Source of the DNA: an uncultured Spirochaetales bacterium
Lineage (GTDB): Bacteria; Myxococcota_A; UBA9160; SMWR01
Direction of reading: 5' to 3'
Length of the DNA stretch: 64,000 nucleotides
Assembly: GCA_964413375.1 (NCBI GenBank)
Contig: CAYPSI010000113.1
Location: 4,664 to 68,663, forward strand
In this document: one piece after another, positions 1 through 8,649 of the stretch
How the letters are laid out: the number at the start of each line of letters is the position of its first letter
Numbering within the stretch: the first letter of the stretch is position 1
Program-made: the position numbers and the translations under genes
The notes under the pieces: model-generated
What the model was told of the DNA's origin: nothing
Seen by the model: the letters and a program-made list of their open reading frames with translations, nothing else
Database searches by the model: none

Positions 1-1
1 C

Positions 2-2140
2 TGGAACCTGGTGGCGGGCATCGGCGCGCGCGCGGCGCGCGAGCTGGCCGAGAACGCGATCGGGATGCCGGTACGCTCGCTCGTGTACAACGCGATGCCG
101 GCGCGCTTCCGCGGGCGGATGCGCGCCCTCCTCGAGGGCATCGTCTTCTACGCGGGAATGTCGCTGGCCGGCCTCGTGCTGCTCGCGTTCCCCGATGCGG
201 CGCCGCTATGGCTCTGCGGGGCCGGCGCGGTCGCCGCACTCGCGTACTTCGTCGCGAACCTGCGCACTCGCCGCGCCTACCTGGAAACCCTCGTCGCGCA
301 GCTGCGCGCGGGTCGCCTGGACCTCGCGACCGTCGGGCAGGGGCTCGGCGCGTGGGAGGCGTCGCGACTGGCCGCGCTCTGGGAGCCGCTCGTGCGCGGA
401 GATGGCGAACGGCCGTCGCCCGGGCTGCTCGAGCTCGCACCCCACCTGGCCGCGCGCGGAATCCTCGACCCGCTCGTCCGCGCGGCGTCGCATCCCGACG
501 CCGGCGTGCGACGGGCGAGCATTGCCGCACTCGCAACGAAAGAAAGTACCGGGGGGGCGCTGGCGCTCGCCCTCGACGACCCCGACGCCGGCGTGCGCTT
601 CGCCGCGTTGCGCGGCCTCGCGCGTCCGGGCGCGGACCCGGGCTTCCTCGCCGCGCGGGCGCGAGATCTGCTGGCCGATCCCGATCCAGGGGTGCGCGCG
701 GAGGCGGCGCTGCACTTCGGCGACGAAGGCGTGAGCGTGCTCCTCAGCATGCTCGGGTCGGAGCAGGGCTCCGAGGCGGTGGCGGCGCTCGCGGTGGCAC
801 CCGCGGCGCTCGCAGCCGCGGTCGCGGACTGCGTGCGCTCGAGCTCGCCCGAGATTCGCGCCCACGCGCTCGAAAGCCTGGTGCGCCTCAAGTCTTTGCG
901 GGGCGGCGAGGTGCTTCCGGGGGCAGGACAGCTGCTCGCGACCCTCGAGCTGTCGCAGGCGCTCGCGGATCCGCACTCCGCAGTACGGCGCGCCGGCCTG
1001 CGCCTGCTCGCCACGCGGCGAGAGCCCGGGGCGGTTGCGCAGTTTGCGCGGGCCCTCGACGACCCGTCGGCGGAGGTCCGCGCGGCGGCCGAGACGGCGC
1101 TCGCCGCGCGGGGCGCGGATGGCGTTGCGGCAGCGGAGCCCTATCTGCGTTCCGAGCGCGAGCACACGGCGCTCGCGGCGCTGCGGGTCGTGGCGCGCAG
1201 CCACTTGCGCGACTCGCGGGCCGTGCTGGCCTTCGAGCTGCGCCGTCTCGTGCGCGAGATCTGGTACCTCACGATCGCGACGGAACGACTGCCGGCAGCG
1301 GCACACCCGAGGGCGCGTCTGCTGCGCATCGCCTTCGCCGACGCGCTTCTCCGCGAGCACCGCCTCGCTTTCGCGGTGATCGCGTTGCTCGAGCACCCCT
1401 CGGTCGTGCGCAAGGTGGAGCGGGGTCTCAGCGACCCGCGCCTCCGCACCCGCGCGGATGCGCTCGAGGTGCTCTCGCACCTCGCCGACCGCGAAGCAGC
1501 GGGGCTGCTGGTGCTGCTGCACGAGGCGCCGCTCGCCGAGCGCGAGCGCGCCGTGGCCGGAATCGTCGCGGTTCCGACCGACCCCGCAGAGATCGTGATG
1601 GCGGCGCGCAACTCGCCGCTGCGCTGGGTGCGCGCCTCGGCCCGCGCCCTCGCACCACAGGAGGGCGATCCGCCCCCGGAGGAGACGACCATGGAGCGAC
1701 TTCTGGCCCTCAGGCAGGTCGACCTGCTTGCACAGCTGAGCCTCGAGCAGCTCGAGGCGGTCGCACAGCTCACCGAGGAAGGCGAGTACCTCGCGGGCGA
1801 GCAGATCGTTCGCGAGGGCGAACCGGGAGATCGCCTCTACCTGTTGCTGGAAGGGTCCGTCCGCGTGGTGAAGGGGTACGCTACGCCACAAGAGCTCGAG
1901 CTCCGCACCCTGGAAGCCGTCGACTACTTCGGCGAGATGGCGGTCCTGGCAGACGAGCCGCGCAGCGCCACCATCGTGGCGGCGAGCCCCGCTCGGCTCC
2001 TCTCGCTCGACGGCGAGAGCCTGCGGGAACTGATCCGCGAGCACCCCGACATCAGCTTCTCGATCTTCCGGGTGCTGACCAGTCGCCTGCGGGCCGCCGA
2101 GAGTCGCCTGAGCGACCGCACCGAGCCGGCCGGGGCCTGA
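2..2140 (+). CDS. HEAT-repeat protein with C-terminal cyclic-nucleotide-binding domain; 5' end outside window (partial)
   Basis: The frame is open from base 2. The fragment starts with two hydrophobic helices (IVFYAGMSLAGLVLLAF, LWLCGAGAVAALAYFVANL). At least six D-P-D/S-x-x-V-R-x-A-A HEAT-type repeats follow. A cNMP-binding signature, FGEMAVLADEPRSATIVA, lies near the C-terminus. Confidence 0.75.
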   Translation, partial: WNLVAGIGARAARELAENAIGMPVRSLVYNAMPARFRGRMRALLEGIVFYAGMSLAGLVLLAFPDAAPLWLCGAGAVAALAYFVANLRTRRAYLETLVAQLRAGRLDLATVGQGLGAWEASRLAALWEPLVRGDGERPSPGLLELAPHLAARGILDPLVRAASHPDAGVRRASIAALATKESTGGALALALDDPDAGVRFAALRGLARPGADPGFLAARARDLLADPDPGVRAEAALHFGDEGVSVLLSMLGSEQGSEAVAALAVAPAALAAAVADCVRSSSPEIRAHALESLVRLKSLRGGEVLPGAGQLLATLELSQALADPHSAVRRAGLRLLATRREPGAVAQFARALDDPSAEVRAAAETALAARGADGVAAAEPYLRSEREHTALAALRVVARSHLRDSRAVLAFELRRLVREIWYLTIATERLPAAAHPRARLLRIAFADALLREHRLAFAVIALLEHPSVVRKVERGLSDPRLRTRADALEVLSHLADREAAGLLVLLHEAPLAERERAVAGIVAVPTDPAEIVMAARNSPLRWVRASARALAPQEGDPPPEETTMERLLALRQVDLLAQLSLEQLEAVAQLTEEGEYLAGEQIVREGEPGDRLYLLLEGSVRVVKGYATPQELELRTLEAVDYFGEMAVLADEPRSATIVAASPARLLSLDGESLRELIREHPDISFSIFRVLTSRLRAAESRLSDRTEPAGA

Positions 2141-2234
2141 AGCCCGGGCGGATGGCAGCACCGGGATCAGGCGCTGGAACGCTTGCGCACTACACGCGAA
2201 CGGCTCATCCTCGCGGCCTGAGGCAGAGCAGCCG

Positions 2235-2708
2235 GTGATCACGACCGCCCTCTCGACGCTGGTGGGAGCCCCGCGCGACCGGGTCTGGCGAGCGCTCACG
2301 GACCCCGCCGAGATCGTGCGCTGGGACGAGCGCGCGGTACAGCTCCTCGAGCCGGTGGCGCAGCCGCTCGCGCCCGGCTGCGTGCTGCGCTGGCGCTATC
2401 TGCTGGGCGGAGTCCCTCTCGAGCTGCGCGAGGAGATCGAGGACGTCATCCACGAAGAGCGGCTCCACGCCACCGCGCAGCTCGGCCTCTTCCGCTTCGA
2501 GCAGACCTTCAGCCTCGCCGATGACGCGGCCGACCCCGCACGCACCCGGCTCGGTCTGCGGATGACGGCGGGCAACGCCGTGCCGGTCGTGGGCGGCCTG
2601 CTCGACCGCTTCTCCGTGCGCCGTCAGGCAGCGGATTTCGTGGACTTCCGCCTGCGCGCGCTCCAGAAGTGGTGCGAGGCCGGTCAGCCCGTGGCGCCGG
2701 CGTCGTAG
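2235..2708 (+). CDS. SRPBCC (START/AHSA1-like) family protein
   Basis: 157-aa ORF with a GTG start. The opening LSTLVGAPRDRVWRALTDPAEIVRWD is typical of SRPBCC ligand-binding proteins. The call rests on motif memory only. Confidence 0.65.
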   Translation: MITTALSTLVGAPRDRVWRALTDPAEIVRWDERAVQLLEPVAQPLAPGCVLRWRYLLGGVPLELREEIEDVIHEERLHATAQLGLFRFEQTFSLADDAADPARTRLGLRMTAGNAVPVVGGLLDRFSVRRQAADFVDFRLRALQKWCEAGQPVAPAS

Positions 2709-2715
2709 GCTCGCT

Positions 2716-2729
2716 CTCCGCCGGCGGAG
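2716..2729. terminator. Perfect 14-bp palindrome CTCCGCCGGCGGAG in a convergent intergenic gap; possible bidirectional terminator hairpin
   Basis: Read directly. It lies 8 nt after the SRPBCC stop and 55 nt from the response-regulator stop on the other strand. There is no T-tract. It resembles the 5' arm of the repeat copies at 54363-54454. Confidence 0.3.
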
Positions 2730-2783
2730 CTTGCAGGCGCCGCCAGCGGCTGACCGGTCCCTCGGGACGCACTTCGCGTTCGC

Positions 2784-3515
2784 TCACGCGCTCCGCTTGG
2801 CGGCGGGCTCCGGCGGCTCCGCGGGAGGCTCCGAGAACCGGTAACCGACGCCGCGAACCGTCTCCAGGGCGGCGCGTGCGGAGCCGAGCTTGCGCCGGAT
2901 GCTCTTCACGTGGGCGTCGATCGTTCGCTCGCCCTGGCCCGCATCGGGACCGCGCAGTCGCTCGATCAGATCACGGCGGCGAATGACCCGGCCCTTCTCC
3001 GCCTCGAGCGCGGCGAGGACGCGAAACTCCGTGGCCGTGAGCTGCACCGTTCGACCCTCTACCTCGACGCGTCCCGCGCTCACGTCGATCGACACGCCGC
3101 CGTTCCCCGCCGCCCGCTTCCCATCCAGGCTTCGTTGGTTATCGAAGGCCCGCAGCAGCCCTCGCACGCGAACAGCGAGCTCGGGCGCGTAGTAGGGCTT
3201 CGCGAGGAAATCGTCGGCTCCCGCCTCGAAGGCCAGGACCCGGTCGACCTCGCTCGCCAGCGCGCTCAGCACGAGAATCGGCATCCGCGCGGTGTCCGGG
3301 TTTCCCCGGATCATGCTGAGCAGGCCCAGCCCGGTGATGTCCGGAAGCGACAGATCGAGCACGACGAGGTCGAAATGCTCGGTTGCGAGCGCGCGCAGTG
3401 CTGCCTGAGACGTGGATGTCCCGACGCAGCCCGCACGGCTGCCCAGGCTCTCGGCAGTGTGCCGGAGCGATGCGGGGTCCGAATCGACGACGATGATCCG
3501 CTTCGTGTCGAACAC
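2784..3515 (-). CDS. OmpR-family response regulator (receiver + winged-helix)
   Basis: Receiver motifs: IIVVDSD, DLVVLDLSLPD, ADDFLAKP. Trans_reg_C motifs: LTATEFRVLAAL, TIDAHVKSIRRKL, RGVGYRF. I prefer the GTG at 3515 because AAGGGAG lies about 9 nt upstream. The track start at 3563 is the alternative. Confidence 0.85.
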   Translation of the reverse strand: MFDTKRIIVVDSDPASLRHTAESLGSRAGCVGTSTSQAALRALATEHFDLVVLDLSLPDITGLGLLSMIRGNPDTARMPILVLSALASEVDRVLAFEAGADDFLAKPYYAPELAVRVRGLLRAFDNQRSLDGKRAAGNGGVSIDVSAGRVEVEGRTVQLTATEFRVLAALEAEKGRVIRRRDLIERLRGPDAGQGERTIDAHVKSIRRKLGSARAALETVRGVGYRFSEPPAEPPEPAAKRSA

Positions 3516-3794
3516 GCCGGTTCTGGCTCCCTTCGCCCTCCAACCATCATGGGATACCACCACAGCGTTTCACGACGATGGCGCGACCGTGAGAATCCGA
3601 TGGCGAGTCGGTGACGGTGCCTCGGCCGTGCGGCCCACTAGAGCTTTCGCGGCTCCGACGCCTGCGTTTCGGCCGACCCGTCCCGAGGGGAGAGCGACAT
3701 TCTGGCGCCGATACGAGCTCGCTTCGATGTGTAGAGATCGCGAAATCTTCGCGAGGCGTGAGCATTCCCGCCACCTGGGGCAGCTAGTGTCCAC

Positions 3795-4676
3795 ATGCAT
3801 CGGGGAAGGGATGAGAGGTCTCGATCGATGATCGGAACGTACGCAGCACCACGGATCGCGGCTTCGATGGTCGCGTCCGAATGGCGGAGCCTCGAGGGAC
3901 CCTTCGTGCTCCGGATCGCCGAAGGCCAGGTGCTCGTGCGTGGCAGCGACGAGCTGATTCGGGCCGGACAGGGCGATCTGGTGTGCGCGCCTCGTGCCGT
4001 TTCGTGCTCACTCCGCCGGCTGGCTGGGAACGCGCGCGTCGAGCGCCTCGAGCTCGATCCCGCCTGGTTGGAGCGCGCCCTCTCGTTGACCGCGTGGAGC
4101 GATGCGCACGGCGACTCGTCGCGCCGCTTCGGATTCCGGGTGGATCGCAGCGGAACGGACAGGGCGCGCCGTGCGGGGCGCCTGATGCGCGAGATCGCGC
4201 AGGCGGAAGGGACCGATGATGAGGGCGTGCCGATGCTGCTCGCCGCGCGCAGCATCGAGCTACTCGGGCTCGCGCTCCTTCCACCCAGGGCTTCGTGCGC
4301 AGCGGGCACGGCGGCTCGTGGGCTGGAGCGGCGCGATCACTTCCTGCACGCCGTCGAGGCTTTGCGCCACGATTCGTTCGGGGACATCAGCCTGTCCTCC
4401 TTCGCGCGTCGGGCGAGATTCTCCGAGCGACACGCCTCGCGGCTCTTCCAGCTCGAGCTCGGGAGGACCTTTCGCGAGCACCTCGCCCTGCTTCGGCTCG
4501 AGCGAGCCAAGGCGCTGCTGCTCGATACGGAGATGTCCGTGATCGATGTCGCCGGCGAAACCGGTTGGAGCTCGCTCGCTCACTTCAACAGCGTCTTCCG
4601 TCGCCGGGTGGGATCGACGCCGAGCCAGTTTCGAACCCGCTCGGCACAGCGCGATCGCTCCCGCCTCGTTTCCTGA
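3795..4676 (+). CDS. AraC-family transcriptional regulator
   Basis: The C-terminal double HTH reads FSERHASRLFQLELGRTFREHLALLRLERAKALLLDTEMSVIDVAGETGWSSLAHFNSVFRRRVGSTPSQFR. An alternative ATG start is at 3828. Confidence 0.8.
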   Translation: MHRGRDERSRSMIGTYAAPRIAASMVASEWRSLEGPFVLRIAEGQVLVRGSDELIRAGQGDLVCAPRAVSCSLRRLAGNARVERLELDPAWLERALSLTAWSDAHGDSSRRFGFRVDRSGTDRARRAGRLMREIAQAEGTDDEGVPMLLAARSIELLGLALLPPRASCAAGTAARGLERRDHFLHAVEALRHDSFGDISLSSFARRARFSERHASRLFQLELGRTFREHLALLRLERAKALLLDTEMSVIDVAGETGWSSLAHFNSVFRRRVGSTPSQFRTRSAQRDRSRLVS

Positions 4677-4842
4677 GGGCCGTGCCGCAGGCGATGTCGT
4701 AGAGCCACGCCAGAAGCGGCGTGTCGCCACGGTAGGCGCCGATCGCGGAGATGGCTGTCGCGAGCGTATCCTCGGTGAGGAACTCGGCCTCCCGGGTACC
4801 CATGCGCTGGCGCATCGCGAACGCGAAGACGAGGTGGAAGCT
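4663..4842 (-). pseudogene. Relic of an ECF sigma-70 factor (region 2 only)
   Basis: The translation AFAMRQRMGTREAEFLTEDTLATAISAIGAYRGDTPLLAWLYDIACGTALRKRG follows the ECF region 2 pattern (AEDLxQETFLxAxxxLxxFRGxxxFxxWLYRIAxN). It has no N-terminal about 30 aa and no regions 3/4. It runs into the 3' end of the AraC gene. Confidence 0.3.
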
Positions 4843-5700
4843 TCAGCGGCTCTGCGGCGCGGTCGCGAACGCCGCCTCCAGCGCCGCTTCGATCTCCGGG
4901 ACGAGCTCCGGACTCCAGCTGCGCTGGAGCAGCACGCGACCTTCGTTCGTCTGGAGGATCAGCTCCGGGAGAGGGGACTCTCCGGCCAGCAGGGAGCGGG
5001 TGTAGGACTCCGCGAGGTGGTCGTAGACGAAGGGCACCGGCCATTTCAACGCGCGCAGCTGCTCACGCACTTCGGCGTCGGGATGCTCGCCCTGCGGCAA
5101 GAGGATCGTCAGCACCCCGTCGCGCTCGCGCAGGGGGGCGAGCGACTTCGCGAGAGCGGCGAAATCCTTCGCAGCCGGATCGGCGAAGACGGCGAGGAAG
5201 CCGCGCTGCTGGATGACCGTTTCGAATCCGAAGGGGCGCAGCGTGGCGGATGCGGAATCGACCAGGCGCGGTCCGATCGCCAGCGCGAAGTTCGGCGCCG
5301 ACTTCTGGAGCTCGCCGCGACGGACCCGGTCCGCCCGCTCGACCAGATCCGTGGCGTCGACGGGGACCTCGTACCTGCCGTCCCGCCCGAAGTCGATGCG
5401 CGCCGACCCGGACGCCTCGACCCTGATCAGCACGCCGAGCAGGCCGGAGGGGAGGGCGGCGCCGCCGCCGGCCGGCCGCCAGGGCCGGGTGAGCGCGACC
5501 TGATAGGGCCAGAAGCGCTCGCTAGCGAGCAGCGTCTGCTGCGTGACGACCGGCGCTCCCGCGTCTCCCGCGTGGTATTCGGGCAGGCTGCCCGCGCTCA
5601 CCGGGTCGGCAGGGTCTGCTCGGAGCGAGCTCGGCAGGATGACCGCTGGAGCCACGAGGAGCAGGACACGCAGCCAGGGCGCTTGCATCGGTCGATCCAT
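4843..5700 (-). CDS. Secreted hypothetical protein (last gene of the TonB locus)
   Basis: 285-aa ORF with an N-terminal signal peptide (WLRVLLLVAPAVILPSSLRA). Its composition looks like real coding sequence. I recognise no family. Confidence 0.6.
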   Translation of the reverse strand: MDRPMQAPWLRVLLLVAPAVILPSSLRADPADPVSAGSLPEYHAGDAGAPVVTQQTLLASERFWPYQVALTRPWRPAGGGAALPSGLLGVLIRVEASGSARIDFGRDGRYEVPVDATDLVERADRVRRGELQKSAPNFALAIGPRLVDSASATLRPFGFETVIQQRGFLAVFADPAAKDFAALAKSLAPLRERDGVLTILLPQGEHPDAEVREQLRALKWPVPFVYDHLAESYTRSLLAGESPLPELILQTNEGRVLLQRSWSPELVPEIEAALEAAFATAPQSR

Positions 5701-5765
5701 CGCTGGAGGCGGGAACCGCCATCGATCTGGATGGCGGTTCCGCGGCCTCCCCGGGAACGCGGTGA

Positions 5766-6545
5766 TCAGCGGCGGCGACGGAGGCGATACAGGACCGCGA
5801 GGGTCAACAGCGCCGCGGGAGCCTGGAGGGCCATGCTCGGCTCCGGTAGCAGCACCACCGCCACGTTGTCGATGATCGGCTGCCCGCCCGAAGGGTCGAG
5901 GCTCACGCGTACGTAGGCCGTGTCCGTTAGGGCGGCCACCAGCGGCGCGCTGAAGGGCGTGTCGCTGGTGGTGAGATTGAACGTCGTCATCGGGCTGTAG
6001 GCGATTCCGTCTGCGGAGAACTCGACGCCCACGTCCGAGCTGCCGGCGAAGGTCCTGCCGCCGAGGCTCAGCTCCCAGTGGTGGGTGGGCGGGGGCGCGC
6101 CGCCGAGCTGGGCCCTGAAGACGGCCTGCACCGGCTCGGGTGCGGTCATGCTGAGCCGGTTGAACAGGGGCTGACCGGCGACCTTCAGCTCGTTCTTCGA
6201 GTCGAAGTCGACGTAGCCGGGGGCCCCCGGCGCGCTGCGGTTCGACTCGAGCGAACCCCTCGCCGCGCTGGGGAGGAACCCCGGCGAGTTCGGGTCGACG
6301 GACGTCGACCCGAAGCTCCCATCGAAGTAGAGCGTCCCGAAGGCCGCTGCCGCGGGCCCCGCACCGGGGGCCGAAGCCGAGTTGGAGTAGTTCGCCGCGA
6401 GCGTGTTCGAGGGGACGAGGCTCAGGTCCTTGACCAGGGACCCGTCGGTCGCGTACTGGGAGAAGTCCCAGCCGGCGACCGTCGCGGCCTGAGCCGAGGC
6501 TGCGAGCCAGACCACAATCGAGGCGATCAGGGGTCGCGTTCTCAT
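5766..6545 (-). CDS. PEP-CTERM sorting-domain protein
   Basis: ATG at 6545 (MRTRPLIASIVVWLAASAQA signal). The C-terminus VVLLPEPSMALQAPAALLTLAVLYRLRRRR shows a PEP motif, a TM helix and an Arg cluster. The 837-aa track ORF 5766..8279 is a frame artefact upstream of this start. Confidence 0.8.
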   Translation of the reverse strand: MRTRPLIASIVVWLAASAQAATVAGWDFSQYATDGSLVKDLSLVPSNTLAANYSNSASAPGAGPAAAAFGTLYFDGSFGSTSVDPNSPGFLPSAARGSLESNRSAPGAPGYVDFDSKNELKVAGQPLFNRLSMTAPEPVQAVFRAQLGGAPPPTHHWELSLGGRTFAGSSDVGVEFSADGIAYSPMTTFNLTTSDTPFSAPLVAALTDTAYVRVSLDPSGGQPIIDNVAVVLLPEPSMALQAPAALLTLAVLYRLRRRR

Positions 6546-6622
6546 GGTTCGAGATCCTTTTTCCCGGAGCTTCCGCTCCAGGTCTGGTTGCTTGCGCACT
6601 ACGCGTCCGGGCCCGCCCCCGA

Positions 6623-8350
6623 TCAGTTCGACAGCAGCCCGGCCTGGCTCAGGGCCGTCCAGCCGGTCGTCCAGATCCCGGGCACGGCGGGCTCGGTGCT
6701 CGAGAAGGCACCCCGGTAGGTGGCGGCCGGGTCGAGCCCGAAGACCACCGGCTCGGCGCCGCCGCCGCGGCAGGTCGGATCCACCGTGTTGACCGGGCGC
6801 GGGTCGATCGGCGCGGACAGCAGGCTCGAATCGAGCTTGCCCGCCACTCCCGTCGGCAGGAACGCGGAGTTCTCGTTCACGAGACCGGCGAACTGGAGGG
6901 GAGTCGCGGCGTAGCAGTTCGCGCTCAGCGGCGCCGGGGCACCGAGGGCGACTGCCTCGGCGTTGCCGTTGGCGATCGCTACGTCCTCGCAGGGCAGGCT
7001 CAGCGCTCCCACGTTCTGGAAGGTCGACGACTGCGCGGCGGCGAGTCCGGCCGTGACGTTGGTGCAGGTCGCGAAGCCCGGCGCCCCACCGTCTCCCGGC
7101 GGGTTCGGGATGTCGAAGCCCCGCGCGGAGCCGGTGTTGACGACGATGCTGTTCCACAGCGCGCCGCCGTAGCCGTTGCGCATCTGGATGCCGGTGTTGG
7201 CGGACGCGTCGGAGACCGAGGGGTTCGCTCCGTCCGGCGTCGACCCGATCACCGTCAGGTTGTAGATGTTGGCGTTGGAGAAGGGCCAGGGAGCCGCCCC
7301 GGGTCCGACGAGGTTCACGTTGGAGCAGGTTTCGTTGAAGTCGTCGCCGTCCCACTCGCCGGCCTTGTCGCCCGAACCGGTCCCGAAGAGCGCTCCGCTG
7401 TTCTGGTTGAAGTAGGGCATCAGACCGAAGAGGAACTGGTTCAAACCGGTGTATCCCTGGTCGAGGTCGAAGGTGTCGTCGCCGGCGAACGCGACGTGGA
7501 GGTAGCGGCCGCTGACCGTGCCGCCGAACCACTCGATCCCGTCGTCGAAGTTCGCGTACACCTCGATGAACTCGAAGACCGTACCGTCGCCCACGCCGCC
7601 GAGGCTCACCCCGTTGAGCTCGTTGCTCGCGCCGATCTCGTCGCCCGCGTGGCGCACCGAGACGTAGCGGAGCGCGCCCGAGCTGTCGTGCGCTTCGACA
7701 CCGCCGTAGGTCGCATCCGCGACCGGGAAGCCGGGGACGGTGAGACCCTCGATGACGTTGAGGCCGGCGCCGAGGCCGGCGCAGTTCCCGACGTTGATCG
7801 GAGCATTGCCGAGCACGACGAGGCCGCCCCAGAGCGCCACGTTCGCGGTGCCGTCCGCGGCGAGCGGCGCGAGCGGTTGCGCCTCGCAGTCGTCGTCGAG
7901 GAAGGCGTCGCCCAGCACCCAGGTATCCTCGAAGCCGTCGAGGTTCACGTCGTCCGCGACGCCATCGCCCGGCGGCAGCAGCGTCGTGTTGTTCACGTTG
8001 TCGACCGCGGCGGTCGTCATGATGATCGGAGCGCTGGATGAGCCCTCCGCGCGGATGCGACCCGTCTGCGTGACGATCAGCGCGCCGGGGCTCCCGGCGA
8101 CCTGGCCGGGGACCACCGGGCCGGAGCGCGGCTGGCCACGGACGATCGTACCCGCGGTGATCGTGAGCGTGGCGCCGCTCTTCACGAAGATCGGCTGCTG
8201 GAGGACGATCTCTCCGCTCCAGGTCGTGTCGACCACGACGTCGGCAGCGACGAGCGTTTCCGGATCGGACGCGCCGCAATCCTGCGCACGCGCGTTCCCG
8301 GAGACGGCGACGAGAGCGAAGGCCAGCGTAGCGAAGAGCGTCTTATGCAT
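6623..8350 (-). CDS. Secreted protein of unknown function (Gly/Asn/Asp-rich, possibly beta-helical)
   Basis: ATG at 8350 (MHKTLFATLAFALVAVSGNARA signal), preceded by AAGGGTGAG. 575 aa with several Cys pairs. I recognise no family. Confidence 0.75.
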   Translation of the reverse strand: MHKTLFATLAFALVAVSGNARAQDCGASDPETLVAADVVVDTTWSGEIVLQQPIFVKSGATLTITAGTIVRGQPRSGPVVPGQVAGSPGALIVTQTGRIRAEGSSSAPIIMTTAAVDNVNNTTLLPPGDGVADDVNLDGFEDTWVLGDAFLDDDCEAQPLAPLAADGTANVALWGGLVVLGNAPINVGNCAGLGAGLNVIEGLTVPGFPVADATYGGVEAHDSSGALRYVSVRHAGDEIGASNELNGVSLGGVGDGTVFEFIEVYANFDDGIEWFGGTVSGRYLHVAFAGDDTFDLDQGYTGLNQFLFGLMPYFNQNSGALFGTGSGDKAGEWDGDDFNETCSNVNLVGPGAAPWPFSNANIYNLTVIGSTPDGANPSVSDASANTGIQMRNGYGGALWNSIVVNTGSARGFDIPNPPGDGGAPGFATCTNVTAGLAAAQSSTFQNVGALSLPCEDVAIANGNAEAVALGAPAPLSANCYAATPLQFAGLVNENSAFLPTGVAGKLDSSLLSAPIDPRPVNTVDPTCRGGGAEPVVFGLDPAATYRGAFSSTEPAVPGIWTTGWTALSQAGLLSN

Positions 8351-8649
8351 CGTGTTCGTCTCACCCTTGTAGGTTGTGATTTCCGCCTGCCGTGGCACCG
8401 GGCAGGGCCGGCACCGACGCTGCGATCGTACGCGGCCGGAGGCGCGGCTTCCTACGATATGTGGCCATCCATCGATGGTTTGCGGACATCGCGCCGCGAA
8501 GATTGGATGGCGAGGATCGCACGCTCGTGAGGCGCGTCTCGCGCGAGCCGCTCGGATGGCGCTCGACCGAGCGATCTTCACGCGCCCTTCATGGAGTTCA
8601 CGGGAGAGTCACGGGGCCTTCGCAGCTCCGCCGCGCCGGCGAGCGTCGT

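Noticed and set aside
4843-4845. The TGA between the 285-aa secreted protein and the in-frame sigma-factor-like segment as a second selenocysteine or read-through site.
   Set aside because: - A periplasmic protein fused to a cytoplasmic sigma region 2 makes no biological sense.
- No redox motif surrounds the TGA.
- I saw no SECIS-like hairpin.
- It is better explained as a gene relic.
5766-8279. The 837-aa ORF, which reads as if it were one giant protein.
   Set aside because: - Only its last 259 codons (from the ATG at 6545) look like protein: signal peptide to PEP-CTERM.
- The upstream part is Arg-rich noise overlapping the real 6623-8350 gene in another frame.
8351-8649. The 299-nt gap inside the TonB locus, with several short inverted repeats (ATCGTA...TACGAT, CCATC-catc-GATGG, CCTGCC...GGCAGG), as a riboswitch or sRNA.
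   Set aside because: - I could not match it to any known RNA family.
- I could not define a consistent structure by eye.
- It may simply hold an internal promoter or processing site.
- It is worth an Rfam scan, but I make no claim.
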